This document shows, piece by piece, positions 8,223 through 18,227 of a stretch of 64,000 bases of DNA (its first letter is position 1; each line of letters starts with the position of its first letter). The position numbers were made by a program, and so were the translations under genes. Below the pieces are notes generated by a model, which did not search any database, was not told where the DNA came from, and was given only the letters and a program-made list of their open reading frames with translations. Origin of the DNA: an uncultured Acidobacteriaceae bacterium. Its GTDB lineage: Bacteria > Acidobacteriota > Terriglobia > Terriglobales > Acidobacteriaceae. The DNA lies in contig CALFMO010000063.1 in NCBI GenBank assembly GCA_937879855.1, forward strand, positions 13,996 to 77,995. Reading direction: 5' to 3'.

Positions 8223-9782
8223 TCAGGATAGCGGAATCATATACGTGAGTACGAACCCAAATTTTCTTACCCATTTGTTCTGGGTCGGCAATGTGCTTGG
8301 CGCATTTGCACCTAGCGAAGAACCCACGGTGATGCCGTCGATTAGCCGAGATTCACGTCCAAAATGGACAGCAGGGGTGAGCAGGACATCCATGAGACGA
8401 AGCGAGATTCCCGTATCGAAGTCTGCCGATTTGGTTGTGAGATTGGCTCCAATTCCACCGCTTACAAGAAGTGAGCACCCGAGTCGACAATAAGAGTCAA
8501 ACTTTCGTAGATGCGGGATTACATAGCTCCCCAGGACTTCAGGTGCCATCACAGACAGGTGTGTGTCGCTCTCCGTTACAAGGGATAGAGCATTGCCGCT
8601 ACTGTTGAGAACTGTAGCGCCGTTCTGAACTTGCGGAGTGCTGGCAAACGTTCGATAAACAAGATTTGAGAATCCGAGGCCTGCTGAAAAGACTATGTTG
8701 TACGAAGTTGGGCTGGCGGTCCACGTTGCTATACTGCTGCTGGTTTTACTTATAATCTCAACACCTGTGATCGTGACTGTTGCTGCGGTTAGACGTGGAA
8801 CATCGAAATAATAAAACTGGCTATTTGCGTTGTCCGGAATTGACAGCAGTAGTACGTACGACTGTTGCAATGTCGCTTGCGCCGTCTGAATGTTTCCTAT
8901 CGCGTTCTTGATCTCACCGTCGCTAGAAATGTATGAGGAATATGTTGTCGGGTTCTTTGCGATATACGTATCAAACTGATTGAAGGTGGCAAGTGGAGGG
9001 ATAAGACGTAAAGCATCCGTTATCGCCGTGGTGACTAGCGCTTTTTGGTAAGCGAAACTGTCAGATTGCGATATCTCAGCGTGATCTGGATTGATCGGGT
9101 GTGCGGGTGAGCAGGTGTAAGCAGTGGTCGGCGCAGGGTTAAGGTGCTCCAGTGGCGTAGAGGGCACGGCGATCTGATAGCTCTCAAGGCAAGCCAAAGC
9201 AGCATTAGCATGGTTGATGGACGCCTGGATAGAGTCTATTTGATCGACAAGCTGACTTTGACAGGTACCGACATCGAAGAGGGGAGAAGTGGGATTGCAG
9301 GCTACTAGGCTGGCAAAAGCCGCGTACGCAGCAATGTGTGTCGCTGGAGCCAATGTGATCGCCTGGAGCGGATTGACCGCATTCTTGAGAATGTCGTTCC
9401 CTGGACTTGGAGGAACGATCTTTGCGAAGACAACAGCAGGTAGCAAGATTTCGTTTGGGCGCGGATGCCAAACCCTCACTAATATACGAGTTCCCGCATG
9501 AACGACAAGTGCCGGGGGAGCAACCTCCGCCGCTCGATCAATATCCCAGTAACAAACGCCTGAAGGCCGTGCGCCAAGACTCATGATCTCTGCCGGACCA
9601 TCTGGATATGCCGCTTGCGCTACGGCGCGACATCTGACTAACTGACGGCTATTCAGCCAGCCGTAGAACTGGGCATCGGTCAAGTTAGCAGTCTTCATAT
9701 ATTGTTGTGCATGAGTCGTGGCTGGAAGCATGATTTCAAGCAGCAGGCTACAAATAAACGCAAAACGGGCGCGGTACTTCAT
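8223..9782 (-). CDS. secreted orphan protein, possibly outer-membrane associated
   Basis: 519-aa ORF with AAAGGAG before the ATG and a signal peptide (MKYRARFAFICSLLLEIMLPATTHAQQ). It is Ser/Thr/Ala-rich. The C-terminal ~120 aa have alternating hydrophobic patterns suggestive of beta strands. I recognise no family. Sampled lines give about 47-48 percent GC, visibly lower than flanking genes. Confidence 0.7.
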   Translation of the reverse strand: MKYRARFAFICSLLLEIMLPATTHAQQYMKTANLTDAQFYGWLNSRQLVRCRAVAQAAYPDGPAEIMSLGARPSGVCYWDIDRAAEVAPPALVVHAGTRILVRVWHPRPNEILLPAVVFAKIVPPSPGNDILKNAVNPLQAITLAPATHIAAYAAFASLVACNPTSPLFDVGTCQSQLVDQIDSIQASINHANAALACLESYQIAVPSTPLEHLNPAPTTAYTCSPAHPINPDHAEISQSDSFAYQKALVTTAITDALRLIPPLATFNQFDTYIAKNPTTYSSYISSDGEIKNAIGNIQTAQATLQQSYVLLLSIPDNANSQFYYFDVPRLTAATVTITGVEIISKTSSSIATWTASPTSYNIVFSAGLGFSNLVYRTFASTPQVQNGATVLNSSGNALSLVTESDTHLSVMAPEVLGSYVIPHLRKFDSYCRLGCSLLVSGGIGANLTTKSADFDTGISLRLMDVLLTPAVHFGRESRLIDGITVGSSLGANAPSTLPTQNKWVRKFGFVLTYMIPLS

Positions 9783-10245
9783 GGCAGGCTCCTTTGAAAA
9801 AATCGTCGCTTTGACTATTATCGAAAACCTGAGTTTTTACAGGCTCACTCCAGCGCTGCGCATAGCATTTTCACCGGAGCGGAGTACCAAGGGGAAGGGA
9901 ACTGCATATTAGGTCAGACGGACGAAGGAGCTACAATTCCATAAGTTTTGTTACGAATTCCGAACTGGAATTATCGCACGCTCTTCCCGTTATTGAACAC
10001 GCCAGCGTATAAGCTGGTCCGGGACGTTGCATTTCTTGGAAACGAAGAACAATTCCTTCTTGTGAATAGCAAGCGAATGTCTACGAATTCTCAGATCACG
10101 CGGATCGGGCTTACCACGGCGATGAGTATCTATTCGGGAACACCCCCAGCGTTAGTGAACTCACTTCCCAAAAATGATCTTTCCCAGCAATCAATCGAGT
10201 TGACTGATTTCTCGCGCGGAATTGCCATGGCTGCCCTCGATTGGA

Positions 10246-10316
10246 TGAAGCATATTGTTTCATTAATGAAACGCAACTAAACCTATCTTGACGTTGTGTC
10301 CGCACCTTAAATAACA
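10246..10316 (+). promoter_or_regulatory. GAAAC/GTTTC element site a plus candidate promoter
   Basis: The element is TGAAGC-atatt-GTTTCA-ttaa-TGAAAC (10246-10272). GTTTCATTAATGAAAC within it is a perfect 16-bp palindrome. TTGACG (10288-10293) follows 15 nt downstream. The -10 is weak (ATAACA after a 17-nt spacer). The element lies upstream of the GH94-like gene. Confidence 0.4.
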
Positions 10317-10592
10317 TGTCGCGAATCAGTGCCTGTAAACAGTTGCGGAAGCTAAAGCCTGCATCTTTCCGACGGTTCCAAGATAGGGGCAAGGAATGTA
10401 TTACTCGAAGGCGTTGCGGATTTCGACGGATTCCTCTAGCACGATCTCCGATGTAGAAGGAAATGCGCAGAGGGGATGCCAAAGGAATTGGGCTCGACTT
10501 GAGCTATTTCGCCTTGGGCATCATTCTTGTTTAAATTGTGGACGCGAGACGGAGGCTTTGGACTCTTCGAAGAGTGTCTATGAAGGTGCTTA

Positions 10593-13439
10593 ATGGATCG
10601 TCGTCGATTTCTTAACGCTCTCGGGGGACTTGCCTTCGGGGGAATGTCCGTTCGTAGTTTACGCTCCGTCGCAGCCATCCCAGTTCCATGGGCAATCAAC
10701 AATGATGTGCTTCAACCGTCTAAGCCTTATGGTTCCGGGCACTTTGGCGAGTGGATCGAAGATCAGTTTGGACTCCCTGCCTATTTATACACTTGTGACC
10801 AGACGATAGATCCTAAAGCTGTCAGCCCTGTTTATAAGGTATGGCGTTCTCCTACGGATCATTCGCACCAAGTCGGCAACGATCGAGTTATCGCTGTCGC
10901 CTCGAATTATGGCCATGTGCAAGTCCGGCAGGATGAGGGAGCGCCGAAGTTTCTTAATGACTACTCTCCTCAGCGCAGCCAGTACGGTGGCGGGATCGGC
11001 TATTTGACCGATGGCAAAGTTGTATTAAGCACGTTCTATCCCGGCAACGCCGAAACCTTTGAGCGGATATTTGGAATGGGCTACTTCCAAAAGAAAGTCA
11101 CAGGCGGTAATTACTCTGTCGATCAAATAGTCTTCGCGCCGTTCGGTGACGATCCTTTGATCATCAGCCAGGTCACAATCAAACATCGCGGCAGGTCGGC
11201 CGCGGATCTCCGTTGGGTGGAATACTGGGGCTGCCAACAGTATCAGTTCTCTTACCGCTCGTTCCTGCAGGCCAGCATTGAAGGTGCGATAGGCAGGACT
11301 CCGGAACTGCGCCGTAAGTTTGCGGACCGGTTTGCACATCGATTCCATGTTTTGGATGGCAACGCCGGGCTGTTGGAGTCCAAACATTTTCTGGGGCGCT
11401 CCGCCGAGGACGAGTTAGCATGGCGAGATGTGCCACGTCTTGCGACCCAATGGGAGGGATGGTTAACCGAACCCGCCAAACCACCGAACGATGAAGTTAC
11501 GATGGAAGATATTACACCGCCGCCGACATTTCTCGTTTCCTTGGATGCCCCAGCTGACGGTTGGGCGACTAGCGGCGAGAGTTTCTTCGGCGCAGGCGGC
11601 GTACATCAACCTGCAGGTCTCGGTCGCGGCCTGGGTAGGGACGTGACCGCCACTGGTCCTGAGAGTGTCTTGCTGCTGGAGCGGCGCTTGCATCTTGCTC
11701 CGGGCGAGAGCCGCACGCTTTACTTTGCCTACGGGTACCTCCCCGAGGGATTCGAACTCAAATCATTGCTGCAGAAGTATCAATCAGACACCGATAAACT
11801 CTGGGAGGGCTCATGTCATGCTTGGAAAGCGGATGGTCCGCGGCTTCGCGTGGATTCCGAACCCTGGGCCGAACGCGAGGTCTCCTGGCACCACTACTAT
11901 CTTCGAAGCAATCTTACCTACGACAGTTTCTTTCGAGAGCACATGCTCACGCAAGGGGCGGGCTATTCGTATCTCTACGGGACCAATGACGCCCCCGAGG
12001 ATCCGTTGCAACAAACTTTACCTTTGGTGTTTGGCTTTCCAGCGATGGTCAAAGAAGTCTTGCGTTATACGCTCAAGGAGGTGCAGCCGGACGGCCGCAT
12101 CCCATACGGAATTGTGGGTCACGGAACCCTTATGCCGACACGCCAGCTTAACAGTAGCTATGAGTTATGGCTGCTCTTACTGGCGAGCGAGTATGTCCTG
12201 GGCACACGCGATGCAGCCTTTCTGGATGAGCGCATTCCAACCTATCCGATCTATGGACCCACAGCCGGCCAAGATACTGTGCGCAACCTTTTGGCTCGTT
12301 GCTATCGCCACCTCGTAGAAAAAACCGGGACCGGCGAGCATGGTCTGATTCAGCTTCTGAACGGCGACTGGAACGACAGTCTTGCCATGTGGCATACGTT
12401 GTTGCCGAAGCATCGAATGGGAGAAATCGTTCCTGGCACTGAGAGCGTCCTCAACTCTGCCATGGCGGGGTATGTTTTTGAGCATTATGCGCGGTTGCTT
12501 AGCTATACCGGCGAGACGGACTCGGCGGCTGAGGCCCGGCGCCGGGCCGAGATGCAGCGGCAGGCGTTGCGCGCCCAATGGACAGGTCGATGGTTCCGAC
12601 GGGCATGGCTCACACGTGAAGCGGGTTGGTTAGGCAATGAGCAAATATGGTTGGAGCCGCAGTCTTGGGCCATCATTGGGGGCGCGGCAACGCCCGAGCA
12701 AGTGGATGTGCTGGTCCCGGCGGTCGATCAATTACTGCGCCGACCTTCGCCCATTGGGGCCATGGACGTGGATAAGGTTGAGCCGGCGGCAATTATGGGC
12801 AAGGACGGCGGGGTCTGGCCGTCTCTCAACGGTATTTTGGCCTGGGCGCTGTCCCGGGTAGACGGAAAAATGGCTTGGGATGAGTGGAAGAAGAACTCGC
12901 TCGCATGCCACGCCACCGCCTATCCCGACCTCTGGTACGGCATCTGGAGTGGTCCGGACGTGTATAACTCAATTCTCTCCAAATATCCCGGGCAGACCTA
13001 TTTCAACGGAGCTCTTCTCGGCCCTGACGCCAGCAAAGCAGCTGATTCCCTGGAGGGCAATCCCAACGGGACCGATTTTCCGGTCATGAACATGCACTCG
13101 CACTCGGAGCAGCTGTATGGTGTAGCAAAGTTGCTAGGGATCGAATTTACCGAACGGGGAGTGACTCTGGCTCCGGTTCTGCCTTTTGACGCTTACCGCT
13201 TCCGCTCGCCACTAATAGGAGTGGAAAAGTCGAGCGAAGGGTATGAAGGCTGGTACAACCCTTCCGTCGCAGGCACGTGGACTATCGTCTTGCGCTTGCC
13301 GGCCATAGAGGCCGAAAAGGTAAATCATCTCGAAGTTGGTGGGATGCCCCAAGCTCTCACGCGTACGGCGGAAGGAGCTTTCGAGCTTCGCGGTGCCAGT
13401 AGACCTGGCAAACCACTGAGCTGGTCCGTCGGGATATAG
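10593..13439 (+). CDS. Tat-signal (alpha/alpha)6-barrel glycoside hydrolase/phosphorylase-like protein (GH94-like)
   Basis: 948-aa ORF with a twin-arginine N-terminus (MDRRRFLNALGGLAFGG). The motif LLNGDWNDSL resembles the GDWND motif I associate with GH94-type (glycosyltransferase-36 superfamily) catalytic domains. Size and architecture fit large GH94-like proteins. Confidence 0.6.
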   Translation: MDRRRFLNALGGLAFGGMSVRSLRSVAAIPVPWAINNDVLQPSKPYGSGHFGEWIEDQFGLPAYLYTCDQTIDPKAVSPVYKVWRSPTDHSHQVGNDRVIAVASNYGHVQVRQDEGAPKFLNDYSPQRSQYGGGIGYLTDGKVVLSTFYPGNAETFERIFGMGYFQKKVTGGNYSVDQIVFAPFGDDPLIISQVTIKHRGRSAADLRWVEYWGCQQYQFSYRSFLQASIEGAIGRTPELRRKFADRFAHRFHVLDGNAGLLESKHFLGRSAEDELAWRDVPRLATQWEGWLTEPAKPPNDEVTMEDITPPPTFLVSLDAPADGWATSGESFFGAGGVHQPAGLGRGLGRDVTATGPESVLLLERRLHLAPGESRTLYFAYGYLPEGFELKSLLQKYQSDTDKLWEGSCHAWKADGPRLRVDSEPWAEREVSWHHYYLRSNLTYDSFFREHMLTQGAGYSYLYGTNDAPEDPLQQTLPLVFGFPAMVKEVLRYTLKEVQPDGRIPYGIVGHGTLMPTRQLNSSYELWLLLLASEYVLGTRDAAFLDERIPTYPIYGPTAGQDTVRNLLARCYRHLVEKTGTGEHGLIQLLNGDWNDSLAMWHTLLPKHRMGEIVPGTESVLNSAMAGYVFEHYARLLSYTGETDSAAEARRRAEMQRQALRAQWTGRWFRRAWLTREAGWLGNEQIWLEPQSWAIIGGAATPEQVDVLVPAVDQLLRRPSPIGAMDVDKVEPAAIMGKDGGVWPSLNGILAWALSRVDGKMAWDEWKKNSLACHATAYPDLWYGIWSGPDVYNSILSKYPGQTYFNGALLGPDASKAADSLEGNPNGTDFPVMNMHSHSEQLYGVAKLLGIEFTERGVTLAPVLPFDAYRFRSPLIGVEKSSEGYEGWYNPSVAGTWTIVLRLPAIEAEKVNHLEVGGMPQALTRTAEGAFELRGASRPGKPLSWSVGI

Positions 13440-13514
13440 CTGAATTGTAAAGCACCTTCGAGACGTGAAGATGAAGACATAGTCAGAGATAGCTGACCGA
13501 GCGACGTCGGTTGC

Positions 13515-14714
13515 ATGATTAATAAGACAGAGTTACCCATGCCAACACTGCTGGCACGCCACTACTCGCGTAATGAATTGGAGGCACGGTTTGGCGACCT
13601 CTCGCAGGTCGCCGGAGTAACTATGGTAACTCTTTCAGATGGCGCGGCGCGCGGCGTGCGGGCTATAGTGTTCCGAACCGGGTCAGGGCTCGAGTTCTGG
13701 GTGTTGGTGGACCGGGCGTTCGACATTGCGAAATGCCAGTTTCGTGGGGTCGAGATTGGTTGGCAGTCCCCGGTAGGGGTGCGCGCGCCTTGGTTCCACG
13801 AAGTAAACGACGAGGCGGGCGCCAGTTTCTTGAGATCTTTTTCTGGCTTTCTGGTCACATGCGGGCTCGACCACGCCGGAGCAGCCTATCGAGATTCCGC
13901 GAATCGCTACTTTGCCCCCGACAGAACCAGCATCGATCAGCCAATGCACGGCCGAATCGCGTCCACGCCTGGCCAGTTGGTTGCCTATGGGCATGAGTGG
14001 CGCGCGGATCGCTGCGTTTTGTTTTGCGAAGGCGTGGTGAAACAGGCGGCGGTATTCGGTGAGCACCTGGTACTAACGCGCCGCTACGAAACTGAGGTGG
14101 GCGCGTCTTCTTTTGTTGTTCGCGATGTGGTACGCAACCATAGTTTCTCCGTTACACCGCATATGCTCCTCTATCACATTAACCTTGGCTTTCCTTTGCT
14201 CGACGAAGGTGCGGAATTCGTAGCTCCGACACGGGGCATACGATGGGCGTTTCGTGACGCAAGGCCCGAGGGCATCGGCTACCGTTTTCAACAGGGACCG
14301 CGTGACGAATGCGTTGAGCAAGTGCATGTTCACCACCCAGTTGAAGACGTGGATGGACAGGTTCGCGCGGCGCTAATTAACAGGAATCTGGGAGAAGGAG
14401 CTCTCGGCCTCTCCGTGGAATTCAACCGAAAGCAACTGCCCTACCTGCTCCAATGGCAGAACTTTCAGGCGGGCTCCTATTGCGTCGCGATCGAGCCGAG
14501 CACGTTTCACCCCCTCGGCCGCCCGCACGCGGAAGCTCACGGAGAACTCGCATGGCTGAAACACGGCGACGAGCGCGTCTACGACCTGCGCTTCTCTGTA
14601 CTCAGCGGCTCGAGCGAAATATCGAGATTTGAAAATGCCGTGCGCAAGGTAGTTCCTGACATTCCAGATCCCTTTGCAGAACCGGATGAAGGATTTGGCA
14701 TGGCTACTAGGTAA
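13515..14714 (+). CDS. aldose 1-epimerase-like (DUF4432-type) protein
   Basis: 399-aa ORF. Size, beta-rich composition and segments such as GLEFWVLVDRAFDIAKCQFRGVEIGW and HMLLYHINLGFPLL resemble the galactose-mutarotase-like DUF4432 family. The start is uncertain (ATG 13515 or 13539). Confidence 0.5.
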   Translation: MINKTELPMPTLLARHYSRNELEARFGDLSQVAGVTMVTLSDGAARGVRAIVFRTGSGLEFWVLVDRAFDIAKCQFRGVEIGWQSPVGVRAPWFHEVNDEAGASFLRSFSGFLVTCGLDHAGAAYRDSANRYFAPDRTSIDQPMHGRIASTPGQLVAYGHEWRADRCVLFCEGVVKQAAVFGEHLVLTRRYETEVGASSFVVRDVVRNHSFSVTPHMLLYHINLGFPLLDEGAEFVAPTRGIRWAFRDARPEGIGYRFQQGPRDECVEQVHVHHPVEDVDGQVRAALINRNLGEGALGLSVEFNRKQLPYLLQWQNFQAGSYCVAIEPSTFHPLGRPHAEAHGELAWLKHGDERVYDLRFSVLSGSSEISRFENAVRKVVPDIPDPFAEPDEGFGMATR

Positions 14715-14857
14715 TGGAACGCGATTCCAGATTTTGGGAACGGGTTTTTCAGCGCGGGCCTCTCAACGAATCGCGCTGACGTCACGGGTCGCACCGCCGC
14801 GGCGGTTGGATGTTGGCCACGAAGTCAGGCTTGCGCTGAATTTTGCGAAATCGAGGT

Positions 14858-15976
14858 ATGAAAGTGAAAAGACGAGAGTTTTTGACCCAGGCGTGTTTGA
14901 TCACTGCCGGTCAACTGATGGCGGGGGGGGCGCGGCTCGCGCAGGCGATCTTGAAGCGCGCTGCGAATAGGCCTTCTTCGTCAGGTGTGGAAACGAAATG
15001 CAGGTCATTAGAAATTCGCCTCATGGGTGCGAAGAGCCCCGTGCTGGATCGGGCGGTCGAAATCCTCGGCGCCAGAATCTATGAGCGCTGCGGGGTGAAG
15101 CCTGAATTCGGGGGCACAGCTGAGTGCAATGTTGAACTCGCGGTTCAGCCAGGAATCGGTAGGGAAGGCTTTCTCATCGAAGATGCGGCCCGGCGTTCAG
15201 TGCGTATCATCGGCAACGACAGCCGGGGGCTTCTCTATGGAGTCGGGAAGTTCTTGCGAAGTAACAATTACCATGATGGTTTCTTCACGCTGGGGAATTG
15301 GACAGGAACCTCACTGCCTGACAAACCATTGCGGGGAGTTTGTACTGTCCCCCATTTTTTCAATTTCTATCACGTAGCGCCGATTGAGCAGATGCAGCAT
15401 TACATGGAAGACCTTGCCTTATGGGGGTTTAACCTGATCGTCTTTGGTTTTGATATCCACAAGTTTGAGAGCATCCAGGATCCGGCGGCCCAGGCGATGC
15501 TCAGGCGCATGAATGCGATTGGGAGGATCGCAAAGAGCCTAGGCCTGGATGTCGGCATGGAAATCGCGGTGAACGACGGGTACGCGAACAGTCCGGAGGC
15601 GATGCGCGCCGACTGGACCGCCGGCCACGATGGGTACATCCATGAGCTTGCGGCTCACTATCATCTGGAACTCTGCCCCAATAAGCCGGGCGCCAAAGAG
15701 ATGTTGTTGCAATGGCGGCGGGAAACGCTCCAGGCGTTCAAGGATGTGGGGCTCGATTATGTTATTCCCTGGCCCTACGACAATGGCGGCTGCACCAATT
15801 CACAGTGTAAGCCTTGGGGAGCGAATGGATTTCTGACTCTCTCGCAGCCGATCGCAGAAATGGCCCGGAGTACGATTCCGGGATGCAGGGTCATCCTGTC
15901 GACTTGGCTCTTTGACTACTTTACGTCGGGCGAATATGTGGGGCTAGAGGAGAGGTTCGGCCTGTGGGCGGCATGA
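14858..15976 (+). CDS. Tat-signal putative glycoside hydrolase (GH20b/GH67-N-like lid plus TIM-barrel-like region)
   Basis: The start is ATG 14858, preceded by GAGG. The twin-arginine signal is MKVKRREFLTQACLITAGQLMAGGARLAQA. The segment REGFLIEDAARRSVRIIGNDSRGLLYGVGKFLR resembles the N-terminal domain of GH20/GH67/GH115-type enzymes. The functional call is weak. Confidence 0.45.
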   Translation: MKVKRREFLTQACLITAGQLMAGGARLAQAILKRAANRPSSSGVETKCRSLEIRLMGAKSPVLDRAVEILGARIYERCGVKPEFGGTAECNVELAVQPGIGREGFLIEDAARRSVRIIGNDSRGLLYGVGKFLRSNNYHDGFFTLGNWTGTSLPDKPLRGVCTVPHFFNFYHVAPIEQMQHYMEDLALWGFNLIVFGFDIHKFESIQDPAAQAMLRRMNAIGRIAKSLGLDVGMEIAVNDGYANSPEAMRADWTAGHDGYIHELAAHYHLELCPNKPGAKEMLLQWRRETLQAFKDVGLDYVIPWPYDNGGCTNSQCKPWGANGFLTLSQPIAEMARSTIPGCRVILSTWLFDYFTSGEYVGLEERFGLWAA

Positions 15977-16143
15977 TCTCGCCCGTTTTGACTCCGGTGC
16001 TGGCGGCATACGTGGGATGGAAAAACGCACTGTACGTAGCCGCGGCTTGGCACTTGTGGGCGCGACATTATGGTTAGGTATTTCGCCGAGCTTGTCAGAT
16101 GATCCCTGCATGCAGGAATTCGAGCGATCTTCTGACATCTTGC

Positions 16144-17430
16144 ATGTCCACTATGACAATTAGCGAACACATTCCACTTTCACGGATGCAGTTTCTGGAG
16201 AGAACAGGCCCGAGCGTTCAGGGGTTGAGCAACCTTGATTTGGAGATTCACAACTCCCTCTCTTCTCTGAATATTCCGCCTGAAAAGCTTCTTGGGCGGA
16301 AGATTGCAATTACCGTGGGGAGCCGCGGCATCGCCAGTCTGTTCGAGGTTACTCGTGCGACTTGTGAGTGGTTGAGAAAACAGGGAGCCGTGCCGTTCGC
16401 TTTTCCGGCCATGGGAAGCCACGGAGGCGCGACCGCCGAAGGTCAGCGTGAAGTGCTCGAAGGATATGGAATTACACGCGACTCTATCGGCGCGCAAATC
16501 TGCTCTTCCATGGAAACGGTGTCGCTCGGTTCGACCTCGGAGGGTTTCGGGGTCTTCATGGACCGCAATGCGTTTGATGCCGATGCAATTTTGGTGATGA
16601 ATCGAGTCAAGCCGCATACCGATTTCTCCGGGGCCGTCGAAAGCGGGCTTCTGAAGATGATGGCAATCGGCATGGGCAAAGCTACTGGCGCACGTGAAGC
16701 GCATCTGTGGTTTCGGAAATACGGTTTTGAACCCGTAATTCGTTCCATGTCCGAAAAAGTGCTGGCAAGCGGCAAGATCCTTTGCGGACTGGCGCTCATT
16801 GAAAACGAAGTTCATCAGATTGCAGACGTTCGCGCCAGCCTGCCAGGCGAGATTGCGGCCCAGGAACAAGCTGCACTTACAATTGCACGCGCCTTGGTTC
16901 CCCGCATTCCTTTCCGGAAAATTGATCTTCTGATTGTGGACGAGATCGGAAAAAATATCAGCGGCGCCAGCATGGACACCAAGATTATTGGCCGGGGTCT
17001 AGACCCAGCACAAATGCCTCCCGAAGGTCCGCAGGTTCGAATCATTTACGCACGAGACCTTACGCCAGTATCGGAAGGAAACGCGACCGGCGTGGGACTT
17101 GCCGATGTGATTCACGAGCGGTTGTACCGGCAGATTGACCACGAAAAAACCGCCATCAATCTTCGAACTTCTCTCAACCTTCCGGTCTCCCGAACTCCGA
17201 TACATTTGACCTCCGATCGAGATGCGCTGGATTTCGCTTTTGGCTGCCTGGGCAGCCCAGCGCCGAACGAGCAGCGCACGGTATGGATTCGCAATACGCT
17301 AAGTTTGGCACGTATCGGCGTCTCAGAGCTGCTCGCGCGCGAAAGCGCAGATCTCAAGGGCTGGCGCATGACTCCGGACGCGCTGGACCTGAAGTTCGAT
17401 GCAAACGGGAATGTTGACTCCCCGCTGTGA
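16144..17430 (+). CDS. LarA-N-like (DUF2088-type) domain protein, assignment tentative
   Basis: 428-aa ORF starting MSTMTISEH. The segment GRKIAITVGSRGIA...AMGSHGGATAEGQ...NRVKPHTDF resembles proteins annotated as lactate-racemase-domain proteins. The canonical LarA SDHTRP motif is absent, so this is at best a divergent member. Confidence 0.35.
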   Translation: MSTMTISEHIPLSRMQFLERTGPSVQGLSNLDLEIHNSLSSLNIPPEKLLGRKIAITVGSRGIASLFEVTRATCEWLRKQGAVPFAFPAMGSHGGATAEGQREVLEGYGITRDSIGAQICSSMETVSLGSTSEGFGVFMDRNAFDADAILVMNRVKPHTDFSGAVESGLLKMMAIGMGKATGAREAHLWFRKYGFEPVIRSMSEKVLASGKILCGLALIENEVHQIADVRASLPGEIAAQEQAALTIARALVPRIPFRKIDLLIVDEIGKNISGASMDTKIIGRGLDPAQMPPEGPQVRIIYARDLTPVSEGNATGVGLADVIHERLYRQIDHEKTAINLRTSLNLPVSRTPIHLTSDRDALDFAFGCLGSPAPNEQRTVWIRNTLSLARIGVSELLARESADLKGWRMTPDALDLKFDANGNVDSPL

Positions 17431-17498
17431 GGCGGGCTGATTTCTCGCGGTCCTGCGGGAGATCGTGAATCGGTATGAAGAAAGACACGGAGGGAACA

Positions 17499-18227
17499 AT
17501 GCGGGAGGACTTTCGAGCGGCACGAGTAGATTTAGCCGCCGTGCTGCGGTGGTCTAGCCGTTTGGGCTATCAACAAGGAGTCTGCAACCATTTCAGTTTT
17601 GTTCTGCCGGGCGAAAACAATATGTTCCTGGTAAATCCCGAGGGATTTTTTTGGTCGGAGCTGACTTCCAGCAGCCTGCTGTTATGTGATCTGGATGGCA
17701 ATATAATCGAGGGATCCGGCAGAGTGGAGCAGACGGCATTCTGTTTGCACGCTCCCATCCATCGGCATAATAAGAACGCAAGGGCTGTGCTACACAGCCA
17801 CACTCCGTACACGACAGCGCTTTGTCTGATCGAGGGTGGGAAGGTCGACCCGGTAAACATAACTGGCTTCCAATTCTCCGGCAAAATCGCATACGACGAC
17901 AATTGTCAGGGCGGGGCCCTCGCGACTAGCGAAGGCGATCGGGAAGCGGAGATTCTGGGCGACAACAACATCTTGATGATGCGCAATCATGGTCCGATTG
18001 TTGTGGGCCCCACCATTGCCGCCGCTTTTGATCGTCTTTATTATTTAGAGGAGGTCTGTAAGCGTCAGATTCTGGCAATGTCGACGGAGAAGCGACTACA
18101 GCAGGTTCCTTCGCCCGTGGTTGCGCAGCTTTCTGAGGATATTTCTTTGTACGATGCTTACGCGCAAAAGCATCTTGCCGCCATCAAGCGGGTCCTGGAC
18201 CGCGAAGAGCCTGAATACTCTCAGTAA
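17499..18227 (+). CDS. class II aldolase/adducin family protein
   Basis: Motifs HSHTPYTTAL and MRNHGPIVVGPTIAAAFDRLYYLEEVC are typical of class II aldolase/adducin N-terminal domain proteins. ATG 17499 is preceded by GGAGGG. The upstream ATG 17475 is also possible. Confidence 0.8.
   Translation: MREDFRAARVDLAAVLRWSSRLGYQQGVCNHFSFVLPGENNMFLVNPEGFFWSELTSSSLLLCDLDGNIIEGSGRVEQTAFCLHAPIHRHNKNARAVLHSHTPYTTALCLIEGGKVDPVNITGFQFSGKIAYDDNCQGGALATSEGDREAEILGDNNILMMRNHGPIVVGPTIAAAFDRLYYLEEVCKRQILAMSTEKRLQQVPSPVVAQLSEDISLYDAYAQKHLAAIKRVLDREEPEYSQ

Noticed and set aside
9990-10110. Minus-strand fragment GKPDPRDLRIRRHSLAIHKKELFF, faintly like a tyrosine-recombinase C-terminus
   Set aside because: Only a DLR-containing stretch matches. 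The HxxR and catalytic Tyr context is absent and the frame is short. It is mentioned only as weak context for the low-GC stretch.
11665-12318. 217-aa plus-strand ORF in an alternative frame inside the GH94-like gene
   Set aside because: It lies entirely within a longer ORF that has recognisable family motifs. Its product is Arg/Ser/Cys-rich, which is typical of an off-frame translation.
16180-16869. 229-aa ORF on the minus strand
   Set aside because: It is antisense to the LarA-N-like gene, and I recognise no motifs or ribosome-binding site.
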